Shown: positions 9,736-19,251, counted from the first letter of the stretch. The stretch is DNA of 64,000 bases from Thermodesulfobacteriota bacterium (GCA_964291405.2 OZ219926.1:3008001-3072000); one strand, 5' to 3'. The notes: generated from the sequence alone by a model not told the origin. Made by a program: numbers and translations.

Positions 9736-11148
9736 CTTGCCTTTCTCATACATGCCTCCGGTACGAATAGGTACAGCACATTAGGTCCGGGAACTGGAGC
9801 CGTCCGCGACACCGCCGGTCGCGGCCCGGCCAGCCCAGGAGATACCCCAGGCCCCAGGACTGCCTGTGGTGCCTTTAGCTTATTGCCTAATTTCCTTGCC
9901 TTTCTCATACAACAATACCGCACATTAGGTCCGATCTTTCGTATCCGGGCCTTTCATCATCGCTTTATTGTTATGGTCGGCCCGGAGGCCAATCGTTTCC
10001 TGGCGCGAGACACGCGGCATTTTCGCAGTGCTGAACCCTGGTTGGATTTCCTGGCAGCCATGGGCGATACGCATATGGCCATTAGTATGGATGGTCACGA
10101 ACACGTCCGTATGCGCCGGGCGCATGTGGATTACTATTCGCGTAAGGTGATTGAAAACCGCGTAGACGAGGCGGTTCACGTTGTGCGCAACGAGATAGCA
10201 GAATGGCCGGTAGACACCGCAATTCCTGGTCAGTACGCCTGGCAGCGTATCGTGGCCACGCAACTGGGGAAGCTGATCACCAGCACGGAGCCGAGGGAAT
10301 ATTTAGATGACCTCCTCTTTTTCCTCGAAATGATGGTCAAGACCTCCGTCTCTCGACAACTTCCTCGGTGGGCGATATCCCTGCCTCGTTTTCGGCGGAC
10401 CCGCAAGCGGGTGGAGGAACTGGCTCGACAGATCGTGGCGGATCACGCGCTAGAGAACCGCCACTCCCGGCCTCCTGATCTCATTGACGAAATGCTGGAG
10501 TTGAATCGGACCGATCCCCACTTTATGCCCGAGACCAATTTCCTGCTCACTGTGCTGGAACCTCTCTTGGCCGGTCTCGACACCGCGTCCAATATCCTGG
10601 CCTTCATGTCATATGAGTTGTTGAAACACCCGGACCTGCTCGCACAGGTGACGGCAGAAGCTGACACGCTGTTTGAACGGGGATACCCGAGTCTGAAAGA
10701 CTTGCGTCAACTCGATGTCACCCACCGCGTAGCGCTGGAAACACTGCGCCGCTATCCCCTCGGGCCCGCGATGCCGCGGACCGTCGCCAACGCGTTCGAC
10801 TTTGGGGGTTATCATGTGCCGGCTGGTGAGCGGGTCTTAATAAGCTTCACGGCGACCCATCTGATGGAGGAGTATTTTCCTGAGCCGCACAGTTTCGATA
10901 TCGATCGCTACACACCGGAACGGGCCGAGCATCGGCAAGCCGGGGTATATGCGCCCTTCGGGGTTGGCACACACCAATGCTTGGGCCGCAGTCTGGCTGA
11001 AGTGCTGATCGCGCTCAATATCGCAACCCTGGTGCATGATACCGAACTCGTCCTGGACCCGCCCGATTACACCTTGAAGATCAAACACCTGCCCGTTGCC
11101 CACCCCGACCGCTCATTCAAATTCCGCCTGGTGCGCCGCCGTATATAG
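9730..11148 (+). CDS. Cytochrome P450 (true start uncertain)
   Basis: I-helix AGLDT, K-helix ETLR, heme ligand FGVGTHQCLG. Confidence 0.9.
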   Translation: MILAFLIHASGTNRYSTLGPGTGAVRDTAGRGPASPGDTPGPRTACGAFSLLPNFLAFLIQQYRTLGPIFRIRAFHHRFIVMVGPEANRFLARDTRHFRSAEPWLDFLAAMGDTHMAISMDGHEHVRMRRAHVDYYSRKVIENRVDEAVHVVRNEIAEWPVDTAIPGQYAWQRIVATQLGKLITSTEPREYLDDLLFFLEMMVKTSVSRQLPRWAISLPRFRRTRKRVEELARQIVADHALENRHSRPPDLIDEMLELNRTDPHFMPETNFLLTVLEPLLAGLDTASNILAFMSYELLKHPDLLAQVTAEADTLFERGYPSLKDLRQLDVTHRVALETLRRYPLGPAMPRTVANAFDFGGYHVPAGERVLISFTATHLMEEYFPEPHSFDIDRYTPERAEHRQAGVYAPFGVGTHQCLGRSLAEVLIALNIATLVHDTELVLDPPDYTLKIKHLPVAHPDRSFKFRLVRRRI

Positions 11149-11274
11149 CCATACCTCCTACCGCGAGACGCGCAGACCGGAGGCGGAAACAACTTTGAAT
11201 ATCCACATGCTTTCTGGTATAGCAGCCGGGGCACCACCGCCTCGAAAACCATATTCCGGCCGAAAGGGGAAGGC

Positions 11275-11436
11275 ATGGCCGATCATACGCTCGCGGCCTG
11301 GACCGGGCTGCGCTGGTTTCGGGATTCTACCCAGGCCGGCAAAGTCATCCGAGCCGCGCAGCAAGCCATGAAAGACGCGGAGGTGCGGCATGATATATGG
11401 TTTTTTCTACTGCCCATGGACAGCATGCAGAGCTAA
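11275..11436 (+). CDS. 53-aa mini-ORF absent from the ORF track (MADHTLAAWTGLRWFRDSTQAGKVIRAAQQAMKDAEVRHDIWFFLLPMDSMQS)
   Basis: GAAAGGGGAAGGC RBS, intact frame, stop abuts the RBS of the next gene, homologous to 8254-8400. Confidence 0.5.
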   Translation: MADHTLAAWTGLRWFRDSTQAGKVIRAAQQAMKDAEVRHDIWFFLLPMDSMQS

Positions 11437-11447
11437 GGAGGAGAGCT

Positions 11448-11930
11448 ATGGCGTCTTTTTTATCAATGGATGATCCTCAATTCTGGAAGCAGTATCCGGA
11501 GGAACTGAAAGAATTGGTCGAGCTGCCCTTAGAGGGTGTCACCGGACTGGCCTATTTTTTACTCGGCGATAGGAAGGACAACCCGCCCACTGTGGTGACG
11601 CTGCGCATGGGTCCGAACTGGACCCTGCCGCGGCACGCCCACGACTGCCATCGGTTTGAGATTGTCGTGCAGGGCACGCTGGACGTGGGTGAGCGCATCC
11701 TCAAGCCCGGTGACGTGATGATGACGGAGCCGGGCGTGGCTTACGGTCCGCATATCGCCGGACCGGAGGGCTGCACCACGTTTGAGATTTTCAGCAACCA
11801 TCGGGGGTCCTACGTGACCCTGATAGACACCCCGGAGGGCCGGATCGAGTGTGATGTCTCCACCCGAGAAGGCATGCGGAAAATGGAACAGGCCATGCTG
11901 CGCGATATGGAGGCCAACGGGCAGGCGTGA
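11448..11930 (+). CDS. Cupin-domain protein
   Basis: LPRHAH..FEIVVQG and YGPH cupin metal motifs; AGGAGGAG RBS. Confidence 0.75.
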   Translation: MASFLSMDDPQFWKQYPEELKELVELPLEGVTGLAYFLLGDRKDNPPTVVTLRMGPNWTLPRHAHDCHRFEIVVQGTLDVGERILKPGDVMMTEPGVAYGPHIAGPEGCTTFEIFSNHRGSYVTLIDTPEGRIECDVSTREGMRKMEQAMLRDMEANGQA

Positions 11931-11954
11931 TGTAACGCGGGTCCGGACGGCCTC

Positions 11955-13208
11955 TTGCGCATGTCTCTTTTCCCTTCGCTCTTTTATGGCTGGGTCGTCA
12001 CCGCCTGTGCTTTCGTTGTCCTGTTCGTGACCTACGGGGTGCAGTACTCCTTTGGAGTGTTCCTGCCGGCCATGCTGGATGAACTGGGCTGGCAGCGCGC
12101 CAGCCTGGGTGGGGCGTTTTCGCTCTACACCATGGTCTATAGCGGCTGTAGCTGGATCAGCGGCCGGCTGACCGACACGGCCGGCCCCCGCTGGGTCGTC
12201 ACCGCCGGTGGGCTGTTGCTGGGCAGTGGCATTATCGCCACCAGCCAGATGTCGGCCCAGTGGCAGCTCTACCTGTGCTATGGGCTGATTGCCGCGCTGG
12301 GCATGAGTAGCGCCTATATTCCCTGCAATACGACGGTGGTCAAATGGTTCCAGCGCAAACGTGGCCTGGCCTTGGGATTGGCTGCCAGCGGCAGCAGTTG
12401 CGGCATCCTGCTCTGCCCCTGGTTGACTGCCCTGTGTATCGCGCGTTGGGGTTGGCGTCCGGTCTATTTTGCGTGCGGCCTCATCATCCTGGTCCTGCTT
12501 ATCGCCCTCGCGCGCTTTATGGTGCGCAACCCGGAACAACTCGGGTTGACGCCTGACGGCGAGCCTGTGGCCCAGAGCTCGGCGCCGCTGCCGGACAGTC
12601 AAACCGAGGCTTTCAAGAGTTGGACCCTCCCGGAAGCCTGGACCACCCTGTCGTTCTGGTTGTTCGGCTTCGCCCTGGTGGCCATGTTCCTGACCATCCC
12701 TGTGCCCTTCGTGCATATTGTGGCGTTTGCGCAAGACTTGGGGGTCTCGCATGCAGACGGAGCCCTGGCGGTGAGTATTATGGGGGTGAGCGCCTTACTG
12801 GGCAATCTCTGCCTGGGTCCGCTGTCGGATCGTATCGGGCGGAGGAGCGGCATGGCTGTGAGCCTGGGTGTCCACATCATGGCCTATCTCCTCTTTTCTT
12901 CGGCCCAGGGGCTCGGGGCGTTATACGCGGGTGCGGTCGCCTTTGGTTTTTTCTACGGCGGCCTGACCACGCTGCTGCCGGCCCTGGTTGGTGACTTCTT
13001 CGGCCGGTTGCACGCCGGGTCCATTACCGGGTTTTTATTTGCCTGGGCCGGGGTGCTTGGAGGCTGGGGACCGATGATTGCCGGCTATCTGCGGGATGTC
13101 AGCGGCAGCTATCAACCTGCCTTTCTCTACGGCGCGGCGACCGGAGGCCTCGCCCTGGTCCTCCTCCTTCTGACGCCACGACCGGCCGTTTCTCGTCGTG
13201 CAATATGA
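11955..13208 (+). CDS. MFS transporter (OFA/MCT-like)
   Basis: About 12 hydrophobic segments; GRLTDTAGPR and GPLSDRIGRR motif A; KWFQRKRGLALG. Confidence 0.9.
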   Translation: MRMSLFPSLFYGWVVTACAFVVLFVTYGVQYSFGVFLPAMLDELGWQRASLGGAFSLYTMVYSGCSWISGRLTDTAGPRWVVTAGGLLLGSGIIATSQMSAQWQLYLCYGLIAALGMSSAYIPCNTTVVKWFQRKRGLALGLAASGSSCGILLCPWLTALCIARWGWRPVYFACGLIILVLLIALARFMVRNPEQLGLTPDGEPVAQSSAPLPDSQTEAFKSWTLPEAWTTLSFWLFGFALVAMFLTIPVPFVHIVAFAQDLGVSHADGALAVSIMGVSALLGNLCLGPLSDRIGRRSGMAVSLGVHIMAYLLFSSAQGLGALYAGAVAFGFFYGGLTTLLPALVGDFFGRLHAGSITGFLFAWAGVLGGWGPMIAGYLRDVSGSYQPAFLYGAATGGLALVLLLLTPRPAVSRRAI

Positions 13209-13277
13209 ATACAGCAAAGCCGGTTGCCTGTCCTTGCTTCCCAGGCTAAGACCGAGCGATCACAAGAACCGAAAGGG

Positions 13278-13952
13278 ATGATGACCATGGTATCAGACAT
13301 CACGCTGCACTACTTCCACGGGAGAGGCATCGGCGAGCCGATCCGCCTGCTGTTCACCGCAGGCGAGATAGCATTTACGGACCGACGCTATACCGTAGAC
13401 GAATTCGCCAACATGGCGGCGTTCAAAGCACAGCTCCCCTTCGGACAAATGCCCGCCCTTGAAGTGGACGGCGTATTCCTCGGCCAGACTGACAGTATCG
13501 CCCGTCTTGCCGCGCGCCTGGCCGGCTTGTATCCGTCGGACCCGATTGAGGCGGCGCGCAGTGATATGATCGTCGTGCATCAAGCAGAAATCCAGTCCGC
13601 CCTCGCCAAGATGAGCTTCGAGGGTGTTCCCGGCACTCCGGGGGTGAAAATGGTTCCGCAGGAAGAGCGGCAGAAACGCATTGCTACGTGGATTGAGACC
13701 ACGCTGCCTGGCGCCCTGCTGCGCCTGGAAAAGCTCGTTCAGGAGGGCTGTATGGTGGGATCACAGCTCTCGTGGGCTGACATTTGTGTTTTCAATCGGC
13801 TCAACCAACTACTCGACATAGATGAAGCTGTGTTGCGCGCTGATTTCCCGAAACTCCAGGCGGTGTACGACAGGGTCGCGGCGTTGCCGCAAATCCGGGC
13901 ATGGATACAGGCGCACCAAGAGGACTATCCCAGATTCAGCGCGGGCGGCTAG
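13278..13952 (+). CDS. Glutathione S-transferase, Tyr-type (Sigma/Alpha-like)
   Basis: LHYFHGRGIGEPIRLL, LPFGQMPALEVDG, LSWAD. Confidence 0.85.
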   Translation: MMTMVSDITLHYFHGRGIGEPIRLLFTAGEIAFTDRRYTVDEFANMAAFKAQLPFGQMPALEVDGVFLGQTDSIARLAARLAGLYPSDPIEAARSDMIVVHQAEIQSALAKMSFEGVPGTPGVKMVPQEERQKRIATWIETTLPGALLRLEKLVQEGCMVGSQLSWADICVFNRLNQLLDIDEAVLRADFPKLQAVYDRVAALPQIRAWIQAHQEDYPRFSAGG

Positions 13953-13995
13953 AGAAAATTACGATGCTGTGTAAGCGCGTCTCTCTTCTCCTTGA

Positions 13996-14044
13996 GGAGT
14001 GCGGGCTTCCAGCCCGCAAGCGGCCAGGATGGCCGCCCTCCCAG
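13996..14044. repeat. REP-like doublet of short palindromes
   Basis: GCGGGCT-tcc-AGCCCGC (14001-14017) and GCGGCCA-gga-TGGCCGC (14020-14036) between convergent genes. Confidence 0.65.
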
Positions 14045-14223
14045 GCAGCGGGAGGGCGAGCGGCCCGAGGCGGGGGCCGCCGGACCGGTCCCGAGAGGCT
14101 CACGACACAATATGCATCACACGTCCCAGGAGGAGAGCCACCCCCACCCAGGCCGCTGGGGGCAGGCCCTTGTCCTTCCCGACGAGCGCGGAATGGCACG
14201 ACTCCAGCCTATGGGAAAACGCT

Positions 14224-15525
14224 CTACCGAAACGGATACGGCAACAGATGCTCTTTGGCATTCAGGTCGTGGATGGAAGCACAGCCCAGGAGCCGCATGG
14301 TATCCTCAATTTCTTTTTTCAGGATGGCAAACGCCTTGCGAACTCCCGCTTCTCCACCCGCCCCAAGACCATACACATACGCCCGCCCGGCTAAGACCGC
14401 ATCCGCGCCGTGGGCTAAAGCAATGACGACATCTCCGCCGGAACGAATGCCGCCATCCAACAAGATGGTCATCGTGGAGTCCTTGAGTGCGGCTACGACG
14501 TCTTTCAGGATGTACAAGGTAGGGTAGACGCGGTCCATCTGGCGCCCGCCGTGGTTGGAGATGACAATGCCGTCCACGCCATGTTCGGCCGCCAGCCGGG
14601 CATCTTCGACACACTGCACGCCCTTCATGAGGATGGGCTTATCCGTCCCCCAGATTTCCCGAATCCAGGGCAGATGCTCCCAGGTGACAACCGAAGTGCG
14701 CAGTTGCGCCCCAACGTCCGCGTAGGGCATCGGCTGGCCGTCGTCCAGAATGACATTGCGGAACTGCATCATCCCGCCGTCCGCGTAAAAACTTTTCAGC
14801 CAGGAGAGATGGGGGATCATTTGCGGGCCAAATTTCAGTTTCTGGAATGGCGTGCCATTAATCGCCTGTGAGGCGCCCAACCATTCGTGCTGGGCGCGAT
14901 TCCCGGAGACCGCGGTGTCAATGGTCAGTACAAGCGCGGAATAGCCAGCGTTTTTTGCCCGTTCGATACTGCGGGCCGCGACGTCTTTCCCGCCAACGAG
15001 ATAGAGTTGATACCAACACGGTCCTGGCGAGGCGGCGCTGACTTCTTCCAGGTCAGTCCCCGTCAGTGTGGAGAGCGTGCCTATCGTCCCGGCTTCACCG
15101 ACCGCCTTGGCAGCGACGGCTTCGCCGCGGGGCCAGAGCATGCGGGGACTGCCTATCGGAGCGGCGATAACCGGCAGCGCAATGGGGTGTCCCAGGATTT
15201 CAGTCCGCATCTCTATTGCGTCAAGCCGGATCGCACTTCTCGGCTTAAAGCGTTCTCTCTGAAAGGCTTCGGCGTTATCCCTGAGCGTGATTTCGTTATC
15301 GGCACCGCCACGATAATACTCTCTCACAATCGGTGGCACGCGCTTCTCCATCACCCGCCGGAGATGGTCTATGGTGACGCATTTTTCGACCGCTCTGGCC
15401 CAGCGCTTCGCACTTCTGGCATGCGCGCGCCGGAGGTAGGGTTGCAGTAGCCGCAGCCCGGTACTGTGTTCATTGAGAGCGGGAGTGTGCTCGAGATTCC
15501 GTTCGAGAGTCTGCGGATGAGTCAT
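14224..15525 (-). CDS. FMN-dependent alpha-hydroxy acid dehydrogenase/oxidase
   Basis: GGADNEITLRDN, WYQLY, ISNHGGRQMD, LDGGIRSGGDV. Confidence 0.9.
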   Translation of the reverse strand: MTHPQTLERNLEHTPALNEHSTGLRLLQPYLRRAHARSAKRWARAVEKCVTIDHLRRVMEKRVPPIVREYYRGGADNEITLRDNAEAFQRERFKPRSAIRLDAIEMRTEILGHPIALPVIAAPIGSPRMLWPRGEAVAAKAVGEAGTIGTLSTLTGTDLEEVSAASPGPCWYQLYLVGGKDVAARSIERAKNAGYSALVLTIDTAVSGNRAQHEWLGASQAINGTPFQKLKFGPQMIPHLSWLKSFYADGGMMQFRNVILDDGQPMPYADVGAQLRTSVVTWEHLPWIREIWGTDKPILMKGVQCVEDARLAAEHGVDGIVISNHGGRQMDRVYPTLYILKDVVAALKDSTMTILLDGGIRSGGDVVIALAHGADAVLAGRAYVYGLGAGGEAGVRKAFAILKKEIEDTMRLLGCASIHDLNAKEHLLPYPFR

Positions 15526-15666
15526 CGCTACGATATCCGACCTCCGGTCCTTATATAAATCCCTCTATTGCTGACGGTACTCAAGACTCGAGTATGGTAC
15601 AAGAGAGGCCCACCCCGGACCTACGATAATTGTACTCAACCTCTGGGAGCGCTGGAAGGAGATCAT

Positions 15667-16314
15667 ATGGTCGGTACCGTCCTTCTCGTAATTCACATCG
15701 CAGCAGGCTCGGTTGCGTTGCCGACGGCCATGATCGCGCTGATAACGGCCAAGGGCGGCACTCATCACATAAGAGCCGGGCGGGTCTATGCTATCGCAAT
15801 GACGGTGATCTTTATTACCGCGCTACCACTGGCGATACTCGGGTCCAACGTATTCCTGGCGCTGATCGCTCTATTCAGTTTCTATCTGGTATTTGCCGGA
15901 TGGCGCTTTGCCCGGAACAGACACGGGCACGCCCAGCCGATTGACTGGGCCGCGGTGGCAGTCATGGGGCTGACCGGGTTAGGGATGTGGGGCTACGGTG
16001 CTGTTCTTCTCTTGTCGGGTAGTGCTCAGTGGGTAACGATGGTGGTATTTGGGAGCATCGCGGTGGCGCTGAGTGCCGTCGATGCCCGTTTCCACACCGG
16101 TCGGCGAGCGTCCGGCAATCAGCGTATCGCCCGGCATCTCACGAATATGCTGGCGGGAACCATCGCAACCGTCACCGCGGTGTTAGTCGTCAACGTGGAG
16201 ACCGACCCCGTATGGCTGGCCTGGATCCTGCCCACCATTGTGATAACTCCACTGATAGTCTGGTGGAACGTGCGGATCGGGCGGGAGACGAAGAGACGGG
16301 AGACGCCAGGGTAA
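15667..16314 (+). CDS. Integral membrane protein (DUF2306-like)
   Basis: IHIAAG..KGGTHHIRAGRVY and RHLTNM patterns, about 7 TM segments. Confidence 0.7.
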   Translation: MVGTVLLVIHIAAGSVALPTAMIALITAKGGTHHIRAGRVYAIAMTVIFITALPLAILGSNVFLALIALFSFYLVFAGWRFARNRHGHAQPIDWAAVAVMGLTGLGMWGYGAVLLLSGSAQWVTMVVFGSIAVALSAVDARFHTGRRASGNQRIARHLTNMLAGTIATVTAVLVVNVETDPVWLAWILPTIVITPLIVWWNVRIGRETKRRETPG

Positions 16315-16372
16315 CGCAGGTGAGTGTAGCCGCAGGGATAGCAAAGATTTTGGACCATTTGTCATAGTGAGT

Positions 16373-17419
16373 CTATGCTGAGGCAGAGGCCGAGCCGAAC
16401 TGCGGCATAACCTGGCTGGCGAACAATTCCATTGAGCGTTCGGACTGGGCCTGGGTCAGACTGCCCCAGGCGAACGACACCAGAATATAATTGCAGCCGC
16501 TGGTCTCGAAGAAGCGGGCAATTTCGTCCTGCACCCGGCTGGGAGAGCCGACGAGGGCGACGTCCAGGCTGCGGGCGACCTGGACGTCGGGGGTGAACAG
16601 GGTGACGGCTACGCCGAAGTCGAGCCACAGCTTTTCGATATTGGCGTAGTAATCCTTATAGGCCGGTGTGGCGATGGCTTCGGCTTCCTGGTCCGTGTCC
16701 GCCACAAAGACATGGCGGAACGCACCCATTTTCGGCGTTTCGACCTGGGGGTTGAGGTTCAGCGGATTGTCCCGATTCTGTGACCACACCTCTTGGTACT
16801 GGGCGGTCAGTTCCTTGATCCCGCTGTTGGGTCCGCCGCTCGCCATATGCATGCCGCGCTCCGCGGCAAAGCGGAGGCTGCTCGGATTGATTACCCCGTA
16901 CCAGAACGGAGGGTTGGGCGTTTGCTTAGGATGCAATTCCATCGGGACATCGACACATTGGTAATACTTGCCTTCATAGGTGAGCCGCTCCTGGTGCAGG
17001 CCGGCGGTGACCATTTCCAGGGCTTCCTCGAACATCGCCCGCGAGTGCAAAAACGGCACCTCAAAATATGCCTGCTCAAACGGCGACACGCCGCGCCCGA
17101 CCCCGATTTCCAGGCGGCCGTTGCTCATATGGTCGAGCATGCAGATTTCACTGATCAGCCGTAGCGGATGATACAGCGGCAGCAGATACACCAGCGGCCC
17201 TAAACGAATACGCTTGGTATGTTGGATGGCCGCCGACAGGAAGACGCTCGGGGACGGGGCCATGCCTAGCGGTGTGGCATGGTGTTCGGCCAGGTGATAG
17301 CCGTAAAAACCGGCTTCGTCAGCCATCTTGAGGAGTCGCATGCGGCCCTCATACAACTCGCCCAGCGAGTCCGCCCTGCGCTCCAAGTGATCAAAGATGC
17401 CAAACGCAACATCACTCAT
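16373..17419 (-). CDS. LLM flavin-dependent oxidoreductase
   Basis: AEHH, LPLYHPLRL, GRLEIGVGRG. Confidence 0.9.
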   Translation of the reverse strand: MSDVAFGIFDHLERRADSLGELYEGRMRLLKMADEAGFYGYHLAEHHATPLGMAPSPSVFLSAAIQHTKRIRLGPLVYLLPLYHPLRLISEICMLDHMSNGRLEIGVGRGVSPFEQAYFEVPFLHSRAMFEEALEMVTAGLHQERLTYEGKYYQCVDVPMELHPKQTPNPPFWYGVINPSSLRFAAERGMHMASGGPNSGIKELTAQYQEVWSQNRDNPLNLNPQVETPKMGAFRHVFVADTDQEAEAIATPAYKDYYANIEKLWLDFGVAVTLFTPDVQVARSLDVALVGSPSRVQDEIARFFETSGCNYILVSFAWGSLTQAQSERSMELFASQVMPQFGSASASA

Positions 17420-17439
17420 ACCGTAGACCTTCTTGGGTC

Positions 17440-18405
17440 CTAGCCCATCCGGGGCAACACCTGGTCCGTGAATTGGAGAAAGCTCTCATGACTCAGTGGC
17501 GCGCCGATGATGTAGTCCAGATGGATTTCTTCATGCAGGCGGGCGAGTTCGTCTCTGACCTTGTCCGGCGTACCGTGAATGACCACTTCGTCAACATAGC
17601 GCTGGACCGGGTCGCCAGTCCCGTACATCTCGGGTGGCACATAGGTATCCACCAGCCATTTGGCTCCCTGACGGGCGACTTCGGCGGCCTTTTCCTGGCT
17701 GGAAGCAATGGCGAGGAGCCGCGCCATGGGTATCTGACGGCCTTCAATGGAATAGCCGTGGCGGGCGAGCGTATCCCGGTACAATTCCCATTTATGGCCC
17801 AGTTCCCCATGGGTGGCGTGCGGGTCCATGAGAATCGAATGGCCGACGGAGGCGGCCCACTCAATAGCTGACGGCGAAGAGGCTGCGGCCCACACGGGTG
17901 GGTGTGGCTGTTGCAAGGGCTTAGGCAGAACTTCGACATTCTCGAAAGAGAAAAACTGGCCCGTATAGGTCAGGCGATCAGTGGTCCAGGCTTTAAGCAC
18001 AATGTCTACGGTTTCCCGAAAGCGGGCGTGGCTCTCCTCGACGGGCACGCCGAAGGCTTGGAACTCCTTCAGGTCAAAGCCGCGCCCGGCCCCCCAGTTC
18101 ACCCGGCCGCCTGACAGCGTATCGAGCAGCGCGACTTCCTCGGCCAGCCGGAGCGGGTGGTAGAAGCCAGCCAGGCACACGCCGGCCCCGATCCGCAGAT
18201 GCTTGGTCTGGGCCGCGGCATATGTCCCGATGACCGGGATCGAAGGACACACACTATAGTCGTTAAAATGATGCTCGGTCAGCCAGACCGCATCATAGCC
18301 GTTTTGATCCATGATCTGGATACGTTCCAAACCACGCTGATACACCGTCGCAATCTCAGTCCGACGTCCCGGCCAGCTAAAGAATTGAAGGATGCCAAAT
18401 TTCAC
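17440..18405 (-). CDS. LLM flavin-dependent oxidoreductase (GTG start)
   Basis: WLTEHHF, HPLRLAEE, GAGRG, PKPLQQPHPP. Confidence 0.9.
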   Translation of the reverse strand: MKFGILQFFSWPGRRTEIATVYQRGLERIQIMDQNGYDAVWLTEHHFNDYSVCPSIPVIGTYAAAQTKHLRIGAGVCLAGFYHPLRLAEEVALLDTLSGGRVNWGAGRGFDLKEFQAFGVPVEESHARFRETVDIVLKAWTTDRLTYTGQFFSFENVEVLPKPLQQPHPPVWAAASSPSAIEWAASVGHSILMDPHATHGELGHKWELYRDTLARHGYSIEGRQIPMARLLAIASSQEKAAEVARQGAKWLVDTYVPPEMYGTGDPVQRYVDEVVIHGTPDKVRDELARLHEEIHLDYIIGAPLSHESFLQFTDQVLPRMG

Positions 18406-18497
18406 ACGGTTCTCCTCGGCGTCGGTTGACTCAGTATAGCGGGATTGCGGTGGAAGTCTGCCCCCTTCTGGGTGTCAGCGTCTTTCTCCAACCGGGC

Positions 18498-18526
18498 TTG
18501 ACGTTAACTGTCCGTTCGGTTAATTA
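18498..18526 (+). promoter_or_regulatory. Putative promoter with overlapping TetR operator
   Basis: TTGACG at 18498; imperfect palindrome TTAACTGTCCGTTCGGTTAA (18504-18523) just before the TetR ATG; no RBS, so possibly leaderless. Confidence 0.55.
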
Positions 18527-18535
18527 CTGCCCGTT

Positions 18536-19240
18536 ATGGCCCGTCCCATCAAAACAGCTTCGTCGCTGGACTACCGCGCCAAGATTGGGACGGTTGCTGA
18601 AGCGCTGTTTGCCGAGCGTGGTTTTGACGGCACCTCGATTCGGGAGATTGCCGAGCACACTGGCGCGACCAAGGCCCTCATCTATCACTATTACGACAAC
18701 AAAGAGGCGCTGTACCAGACGCTACTTGAGGACGCGGTGAGCGGAGTGGTCACGCAGATTGAGGTCATTGCCGCGGACGGGACTGAACCCGAGGCACAGC
18801 TTCGCGCCGTGGTACAGGTATTCATTGACGTCTATCATGACGCGCCGCACCGGTTTCAGATGGTGCAGCGCACCATTGACGACCATCATGCAGTTGCCGC
18901 GGTGCTGGCCGAGCGCTGGTTTTCACGGGCGCACCACGCCTTACAGAATATTGTGGCGCGCGGCGTGCGTCGGGGCGATCTGAAGCCGCTGCCGGTCCAG
19001 ATGGTCCCGTTGGCCATTATTGGCCTCGTTATTCACACCCTGCGTGGACAGAAACTCGTGGGCCATGTGGACCCGAAGCTGTCCGGCGAGCAGGTGCTGA
19101 CCGCCTTGCCGGACCTGATTCTAGCCCTGCTCACCGCTGACTCCGGCCAGACAAAAACCAAACCGAGAGGTGCACCTGCGTCCCGGAAACGCGCCCTGAG
19201 TCAGACCGCGCGCAGAGCCAGGAGTGCCCCGGCAGGATAG
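18536..19240 (+). CDS. TetR/AcrR transcriptional regulator
   Basis: LFAERGFDGTSIREIA..LIYHYYDNKEAL HTH. Confidence 0.92.
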   Translation: MARPIKTASSLDYRAKIGTVAEALFAERGFDGTSIREIAEHTGATKALIYHYYDNKEALYQTLLEDAVSGVVTQIEVIAADGTEPEAQLRAVVQVFIDVYHDAPHRFQMVQRTIDDHHAVAAVLAERWFSRAHHALQNIVARGVRRGDLKPLPVQMVPLAIIGLVIHTLRGQKLVGHVDPKLSGEQVLTALPDLILALLTADSGQTKTKPRGAPASRKRALSQTARRARSAPAG

Positions 19241-19251
19241 AAGAACACTGA

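Noticed and set aside
14224-15525. Mycofactocin MftD assignment
   Set aside because: Same enzyme family, but no mftA/B/C in the window; cannot be distinguished from lactate/glycolate oxidases by eye.
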